Shown: positions 56,850 through 64,000 of the stretch, piece after piece
Position numbering within the stretch: the stretch's first letter is position 1
How the letters are laid out: each line of letters begins with the position of its first letter
DNA from: an uncultured Acidimicrobiia bacterium
GTDB lineage: Bacteria; Acidobacteriota; Terriglobia; Versatilivoradales; Versatilivoraceae
Direction: 5' to 3'
Assembly: GCA_963786955.1 (NCBI GenBank)
Contig: CAWBAT010000008.1
Span: 288,001 to 352,000, forward strand
Length of the DNA stretch: 64,000 bases
The notes under the pieces: generated by a model
What the model was told of the DNA's origin: nothing
Database searches by the model: none
The model's input: the letters and a program-made list of their open reading frames with translations, nothing else
Made by a program: the position numbers and the translations under genes

Positions 56850-57068
56850 CGATAAGGGACTCTCTCCTTAGATTAGTGAATTAGAAAATCGAATGTCGAA
56901 CCTGTGTGAATCCGTAATCTACATTTTCGGGTTAATTATCCTTCCGCTTTCATGACCCTTAAGGCCTAAATCTCGGCTAATCAATTTTCGCTAGAATTGC
57001 TTGGTGTGTCTTGGTCCAAGGTTTGGAGTGAATGCAAGAAGAGCATACTCCATCGGCGCCGGGATACT

Positions 57069-57201
57069 TAGTGCTGCTATTCGTAAATACGGTGACGTTT
57101 TTGAGGTTAGGCGCCGCGTGGGGTCACGCGGCCTACAAAGTTTTAGGCCAGGTCACCGACCTGGCGTTAACGTCACCGTATTTATGAAATGCAGTACCTA
57201 G
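57069..57201. mobile_element. MITE-like element: ~30-bp terminal inverted repeats enclosing a REP pair
   Basis: tagtgctgctattcgtaaatacggtgacgtt ... aacgtcaccgtatttatgaaatgcagtacctag. Confidence 0.65.
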
Positions 57202-57286
57202 TCCTCACCGTATAGGCTGCACGGAAATCATGTTGGAATCATATGAATGGCGTCAAAACCTTGTCAACTCAAAAGTCAGGAATAAG

Positions 57287-57454
57287 GTAATGCGTTAGTT
57301 ATCGGGGGAATTTCTGGTAGGGCGCGCTCGCCGAGCGCGCCGCGGACGGCCCGGCGGTCCGTCCCTACCCACTCAGCCGCTACAGAAGCGACAATCTCAA
57401 ATCGTCACCGAAGGCCTTGCCCTTACAGATTTCCCCCCGTAACTAACGCATTAC
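57287..57454. mobile_element. MITE-like element: ~29-bp terminal inverted repeats enclosing a REP doublet
   Basis: gtaatgcgttagttatcgggggaa ... ttccccccgtaactaacgcattac. Confidence 0.65.
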
Positions 57455-57583
57455 GGAAGAAGAACCTTTAGGAAACGACTACTTCGTTGGATGGCACCTT
57501 TACCGAGGCGAGGCGCCGGGATCATGTCTACATCTCGGTGGTAGCGTAGGATCAAAGGGGAGATGAGAACTCAATTCATGAGG

Positions 57584-58111
57584 TCAAATCGAATCGAATT
57601 CGCGCAACATGTACTGATAGAAAGGATCGCTAATGTAGTTTCGGACCCAATTTAGGGTGTGCACGCAACTTTCAAACTGCTCCGAAAGCTTGCGAAAAAT
57701 GACGAAGGGAGGTTGGAGGTTGTTCATTTCCGAAAGAATCATGTAGGAGCGTCTGCCCTGATCTGCGTAATAGTTCAGACTAATGCAACGTTTGCCATGG
57801 TTGAGGCTTTCGGGAAATAATCCCAGGATAAAAAGGCTGAAGTCTCCCACGTGCTTGTAAATGTCCTTCTTATCCACCTCATTGGACTCATCCGTCTTTT
57901 GCAGTAAATCGACGAGATACTCCAACCGACGACCATGCTCGTCCCGAATTTTGTAAAGATTGTCTACATGAATGAACTCAACGAGCAGATTGGACAAATA
58001 CTTATGGATTTCCCGATCCGAAAGGCGTGTCTGTTGAGAGCCTCGTTCGGTCAATGCATGGAATGTCTGCCGAACCGGGTGGTCGGACGGCACTTCTCTT
58101 TCGGAGACCAT
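57584..58111 (-). CDS. Conserved hypothetical protein
   Basis: GAGGAGG RBS; HVGDFSLFILGLFPESL, YY..QGRRSY. Confidence 0.7.
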   Translation of the reverse strand: MVSEREVPSDHPVRQTFHALTERGSQQTRLSDREIHKYLSNLLVEFIHVDNLYKIRDEHGRRLEYLVDLLQKTDESNEVDKKDIYKHVGDFSLFILGLFPESLNHGKRCISLNYYADQGRRSYMILSEMNNLQPPFVIFRKLSEQFESCVHTLNWVRNYISDPFYQYMLREFDSI

Positions 58112-58327
58112 AAAACCTCCTCATTGATTCCATCGTGGAGCCCTTTGTCTTCATTTATCGTTCGCGGCGCGTCGTAATTATTAAAGTTAAATGCAATGGT
58201 CATAGTTTTTAAATGCGATTTTATCTGGACAGTCGGCCAGCCTGAAACGCTCGTTTTCCTGATCGGTTGGGATCGAAGCTAAATAAAGGTAGGGCGGTCT
58301 CGCCGAGACCGCCGATTTGGCTGCGCA

Positions 58328-58722
58328 CCCGGCGGTCGCGCCCTACCTGGAAACGATCTCATAAAGTCTGCAATGCGCAGGCCAGAGGCCCGCACCACAA
58401 GGCTGAGGTTGTGGCGACAGGCGTCCACGCCTGCACTTGATGCTCTGAAATTATTCGCCCGGCGGTCGTGCCCTACCTGGAAACGATCTCATAAAGTCTG
58501 CAATGCGCAGGCCAGAGGCCCGCACCACAAGGCTGAGGTTGTGGCGACAGGCGTCCACGCCTGCACTTGATGCTCTGAAATTATTCGCCCGGCGGTCGCG
58601 CCCTACCTGGAAACGATCTCATAAAGTCTGCAATGTGCAGGCCAGAGGCCCGCACCACAAGGCTGAGGTTGTGGCGACAGGCGTCCACGCCTGCACTTGA
58701 TGCTCTGAAAATGACCGCCCGG
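58328..58722. repeat. Three tandem 130-bp units built from REP sequences (BIME-like)
   Basis: Units start at 58328, 58458 and 58588, nearly identical; preceded by a GTAGGGCG REP at 58289. Confidence 0.9.
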
Positions 58723-60379
58723 TAGGGTCACCGGGCCTCCAATGGCTTCAATCAAAGATCCGCTGCGTTCCTGGGGTGCTCGTTCGCTTACAGAAGACCT
58801 GAAGATCCGGTAATCCAGTTCGCCAAAGAGATTATCTTTCTCTTCCAATTCGCCCAGGTAGGCAGCGTTTAGTTGATTGCACAATAACCCTTCTCGCAAC
58901 TTTTGGAAATGCGTGATGTGATCGGTAAAACGGCGTTCGGCATAGCCAGCGGAGTTGCGCTCAGTCATATGGAAAGCCCAGTCGCTGCTTTGCGCCAACA
59001 GGAGTTCTCTGGCCGCCTGGTTCAGCCCACGCTCAATAACGCCTTTCGGCTCTCGGAACTGGTCTGCCAATTCAACCATGGCGTTCTCTGCCCAATGCTG
59101 GTGCTTATACAGCCACTGATTATTCTCATTAAGCCAAACGCGGTAATATCCTTCATTCCCCCAGCTTGAGCCGGTGGGCTCCATCCTGAATGGGTTTGGA
59201 AATTCTGTCAGAACGTCGGACAAGCTGACCAGGCGGATGTCCGAAGATTGGAGGGATGTCTGCTGCATGACCTGCTCGAGAAAGATGGGCCCTTCGTGCC
59301 ACCAGTGACCAAATAACTCCGCGTCGAAAGGAGAAACGACTACGGGGTTGATCTTGAGGGCTTGTGAGAGGTGGTCAATTTGCGAGCGACGTTGCGCGAT
59401 AAAGTGGCTGGCATGATGATGAGCACGCACCAGCGCTTTCTGAGGATCATAAGGGGCCCGCTGGCTCAAATCGTTACCCCCGGAAATGCGGTGATATTTG
59501 ATCCCAATATTTCGTCGGATACCATCGGGGTGAAGAAACGGCCGGATATACTGGTAAGGAGCATCGAACCCTAGATCCCGATAAAATTCGCGATAGTTCA
59601 CATCGCCAGGATACCCTACTTTGGAATTCCACACCTGAAGACTGGATTCCATATCCCTTCCAAATGAAATGATGTCTGGCCGGTGTTCTTACAGGAGCGA
59701 AAACGCCCTGGGGAGGTCGAGGCTTGCCAAAGAGGAGCCCATGAGCATCCAGAATGAGGTAATCGAATCCAGCCTTTTTAATGAGAGAGTCCATGCCGGG
59801 TTCATACCCACATTCCGCCAGCCAGAGCCCACGCAAAGGTTCATGAAAATGGCGCTTATAAGTGATCCGCGCCATTTCGAGCTGTGCGTTCCGAACCTGT
59901 TCCATCGAGATGAATGGCATGAAGGGATGAGTGCCCGGACAAGTAATGATTTCGAGAATTCCTTGTTCCTGAAGTTCGGCGAAGGCATTCAACAATCGGC
60001 AATGGAAACGGGATTCAAAAAGAGCATGGGCCTCCCGGAAGTTGTGGCGATACAAGATGGCCAGCGCATGAAATTCTGGCGAATGGCGTGTGCGGGCAAC
60101 CTCTTGTTCGGATAATTCCATTCGGTTGGTGAGGTAGCGCAAGGTGCGGAATTGGAGAAGAGGATCGGCCAGCATCTCGGTAAGGGTAGGAGAAATTGAG
60201 AGCGTCAGGCGAGACTGCACACCGTCGCGGACGAGTCTTTGGAGGGACAGAATCAAAGGGATATAGGCTTCTGTGACGGCTTCAAACAGCCAGTCTTCTT
60301 CCAGAAAGGGGTCATGCTCAGGATGTCGAACGAATGGCAGATGAGCGTGGAGGACAAGGGCAAGGTAGCCTCGGCTCAT
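58603..60379 (-). CDS. GH57 1,4-alpha-glucan branching enzyme (DUF1957), one indel
   Basis: [41 protein letters not shown]. Confidence 0.92.
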
Positions 60380-60382
60380 AGT

Positions 60383-62625
60383 TCAGGAGGGTCTCAATCT
60401 CATCACCAGCATCGCCAAGGGTGGAAGCGTCAGATTCAGGCGGCACGGCCAATTTCTCCAGGAAGTTTCCTCGGCCTCTAATCGCGCCCAGGTTGCCGAT
60501 ATTGCGCCCGCCGTAATAGGCGGAATCACTATTCATGATTTCTTCGTAGTAACCGGGCTGAGGAACGCCGATTCGGTAATTATCCCGGACTAAGTGGAGT
60601 GAAATTGTAGATGAAGATTAGATTATCCTCGGGGTTCTTGGCTTTCCTCATGAAACTGACCACACTGTTCTCGTTATCGTGAAAATCAATCCACTCGAAA
60701 CCGCTGTAATGAAAATCCACTTCATACATGGAGGGCTGAGAAAGGTAAAGGTGGTTCAGATCGTGGACAAATTTTTGAAGTTTCTGGTGAGGTTCCCAAC
60801 GCAACAGTTCCCAATTCAGGCCGGCATTGTGATTCCATTCATCCCATTGCCCAAACTCGCCTCCCATGAAAAGCAGCTTTTTTCCCGGGATGGCCATACA
60901 TGTAGCTGTAAAGGAGGCGAAGATTGCTGAATTTGTCTTCCATGAAAAAGCCCGGCATCTTGCCGAGCAACGACCCTTTCATATGCACGACTTCGTCATG
61001 GGAGAGCGGGAGGATAAAATTCTCCGTGAAGGCATACATCAACGCAAATGTTAGATCGTTCTGGTGAAATTTACGATAGATCGGATCGTTGGAGAAATAC
61101 GACAAGAGGTCATTCATCCACCCCATGTTCCATTTCATGCTGAATCCCAGCCCTCCCAGGTAAACAGGCCGCGAGACCATGGGCCAGGCCGTCGATTCTT
61201 CTGCAATGGTTAAGACTCCGGGATGGTATTGGTGGGCAAGCTCGTTAAACCGCTTGATAAAATCAACGGCTTCGAGGTTTTCATTTCCGCCATAGATATT
61301 GGGAATCCATTCACCAGGCTGTCGCGAATAATCCAGATAAAGCATCGACGCAACCGCATCCACGCGCAATCCGTCAATATGATATTGGTCGAGCCAGAAA
61401 AGGGCATTCGACAGAAGATAGTTTCGGACCTCATTACGTCCGTAGTTAAAAATGAGTGTCCCCCAGTCTTGATGTTCGCCCATTCTCTTATCCGCATGCT
61501 CGTAGAGATAGGTTCCATCAAAATAGCTGAGGCCGTGGCCATCTTTGGGGAAGTGCGCTGGAACCCAGTCCAACAGAACCCCGAGCCCGGATTGATGGCA
61601 ACGGTCTACGAAAGACTTAAATTGTTCAGGGGTCCCAAAACGGCTGGTCGGTGCAAAATATCCGATGGTCTGATACCCCCAGGAGCCATCAAAGGGATGT
61701 TCCATGACGGGTAACAGCTGGATATGCGTGTACCCTAAATCGCACACATAGGAGATGAGACGATCTCCCAACTCATCATAGTTGAGATAACGATTCTTTT
61801 CTTCGGTGACTCGCATCCACGAGCCCAAATGGACTTCATAGATCGCCAAAGGGGACTCAAACCAATTCTTTTTTTGCCGCAGCTCCATCCAATCCCCGTC
61901 CTGCCAGACGTACTTGTTGATGTCATGGACGATGGAGGCAGTTTTCGGAGGGACGTTCGAAGTAGGTCCCATAGGGATCCGACTTAATGGCCAGATAGTT
62001 GTTATACCGGGATTTGATTTCAAACTTATAGACACAACCCTCCCCTAAACCAGGAATGAAGATTTCCCAAATCCCGGTGCTTCCACGAACACGCATCGGA
62101 TGGCGTCGTCCATCCCAACGGTTGAAATCTCCAATGACACTGACACGGGCAGCATTTGGCGCCCATGCGGCAAAATGAACGCCGCTGACTCCTTGAATGG
62201 TCCGAAGGTGACCGCCTAGTTTTTCGTATTTTTTGAAATGGGTTCCTTCTCCCATCAAGTGCAGATCAAAATCGGTGAGTATGGGAGGAAAGATATAGGG
62301 GTCGACAAATTGGGATATGATTTCCCTCATGATCCAGAACTCGAATCTCGTACGGAAAGACTTGATCGTGATCGTTAAAGACAGCTTCAAAAAGTCCTTC
62401 CCCGCGGATTTTTCGCATCGCAACGGGGAATCTGACCCGTCCTTCCGGGACAATCCAGGCTTGGCTGGCTTCAGGGAGAAAAGCTCGGACAACGACAACG
62501 GAATGAGGAGTGGAGCCTTCGTCAGGCGAAATCTCCACAACATGCGCACCCAAGACATGAAAAGGATCAGAGTGATCAGAGTGGATCGACTAAGTCAAAT
62601 TCTTTTCCATCGAATCCAGTAGCAT
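60383..62625 (-). CDS. glgB: GH13 1,4-alpha-glucan branching enzyme GlgB (indels)
   Basis: [42 protein letters not shown]. Confidence 0.95.
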
Positions 62626-62698
62626 TTAGCCTTTCTATCTCACCAGAAGAAACTCGTTGGCCTGGGCGTACTCCTCCTTAATTCTTTCCGCGTCCATT

Positions 62699-63334
62699 CT
62701 ATTCTTTTTCCAGAATTAACGTGACCTCCAAAGTGGATTCCACCCTCGATGGTTTGTCAGGAGGATCGGGTTGTTTTAATTCTCGTTTCAAGCCCGTCAA
62801 TTCGACCAGGCTGGAAAGTAGTTTTGTCGTTTCAGGGCAATCCTCGATTTCTAAGGTCAGCCTGGGCAATGGAGTCACTGGAGTTTCAACTTCGTTGGAC
62901 GCAAACACCGAGACCGCCCCAAAATCTTCCGAATGGAGACAAAGTTCGGCCTGGTACCGGCTGCCAGGCAGGCTGCAAACCACCATTCCGAAGCAGCCCC
63001 GGAATCAAAGGCCTGGTAAGAACCCTCGCTAATTTCAATCCACTTCAGGATCATGCGAAAAGCGGATGTTCTTCCTTGGGAAAGGGTGCTAACGCTTTCT
63101 GAAGACGCTCTCGCGTGATCTCCCAATAGGCAAACACTCGAAACGGACTTTGAACCATAAGCTGGAGACGATCTACATTGTATCGTTCGGGGAGTGGGGG
63201 TAACCCTTCAAAAGGAAAATGAACGGACGGATTCAGTCTCAAAGCAGAGGCGTCATTTTGAAAATCCGTGACGCCGATTTCCCAATTGCAAAGAGAAGTG
63301 GGTTGGTTCTTCCAACGGACTTTAACCTCTTCAT
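62699..63334 (-). CDS. DUF4912 domain protein (indels; start uncertain)
   Basis: LPERYNVDRLQLMVQSPFRVFAYWEI and ASNEVETP motifs. Confidence 0.7.
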
Positions 63335-63510
63335 TTAGATGAACCGAGCTGAAATTCCGACTATGAAGTTATCAAAGGGGGAGGAGAAAGGCAAGCAAGC
63401 TTGACTCCCGAAAGCTCTCCTTCTAACCTATTTACGAATTGCCGAGCAATTGGCATTGAGGTCCGCCTCCGTGGCCGGGGCTAAGAAAATCTAGTTTGGT
63501 CGAACATTGG

Positions 63511-64000
63511 ATGCCTCATTCGGAGCCGCAAGGCTATCTTCAAGCCAAAACCGCAGCCAAATTTCTCCATACGCTTTTCCGTGAACATGGATTGAGAGAA
63601 CCCCCAAGTCTCGCGGTCATTTTGGGGTCAGGGCTGGGTGACTTTACGGATTCTTTGACCGCGGAAGTCAAGGTTCCTTATGATTCTATTCCCCATTTTC
63701 CTGCCCCATCGGTAGTGGGGCATTCGGGGAGTCTCGTGCTGGTTCGGCATCGCCGGCGTTGGTTGGTTGGACTCCAAGGGCGGTCCCATTTCTATGAAGG
63801 CTACTCCATGAGGACGGTGACTTTTCGCAGTTCGTGTCCTTGGGATGCTGGGGATCAAGCAACTCGTGGTGACCAACGCCGCGGGCGGAGTGAATCCTCG
63901 ATTTAAGCCTGGGGATTTCATGCTTATCTCTGATCATATCAGTTCATTTATCCCCAACCCATTGGTTGGACCTAATTGGAAAGATGCTGGCACTCGCTTC
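63511..64000 (+). CDS. Purine nucleoside phosphorylase (partial, indel)
   Basis: [30 protein letters not shown]. Confidence 0.9.

Noticed and set aside
58373-58700. Two near-identical 65-aa ORFs
   Set aside because: They are translations of the REP-derived tandem repeat with no RBS or coding signature
58328-58722. CRISPR array
   Set aside because: 130-bp units are nearly identical throughout, with no unique spacers and no cas genes
6486-64000. Frameshifts in many genes (ada, dgt, kdsD, sdhB, ino1, glgB, permeases, PNP) as programmed frameshifting or mass pseudogenisation
   Set aside because: They hit housekeeping genes indiscriminately and the flanking protein sequence is otherwise intact, which is typical of uncorrected long-read indels

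Overview
64-kb bacterial chromosomal window; gene content suggests Acidobacteriota (inference). Many genes, including housekeeping ones, are split by single-base indels, most likely long-read assembly errors. The backbone encodes carbohydrate enzymes, ada, fabH, dgt, amino-acid permeases, kdsD, sdhCAB, ino1, a glycogen-branching locus and PNP. Two things stand out. (1) An ~11.7-kb region (21.6-33.4 kb) lies between tRNA-Leu(CAA) and a degenerate 64-nt direct copy of it. It carries two tandem TadG-TadE-TadE pseudopilin cassettes plus a remnant of a third, and each intact cassette has a matching sigma54-type promoter. It also has two outward-facing paralogous HTH-like genes near its ends and no integrase or pilus machinery. 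(2) A dense set of small repeat-delimited elements: a GxxExxY gene bracketed by inverted 8-mer arrays, a decayed unannotated GxxExxY copy bracketed by inverted 9-mer arrays, a four-helix-bundle gene bracketed by inverted 7-mer arrays, gene-less and nested versions of these arrays (two flank kdsD), and a RAYT transposase with several REP families, one REP lying inside the RAYT ORF.
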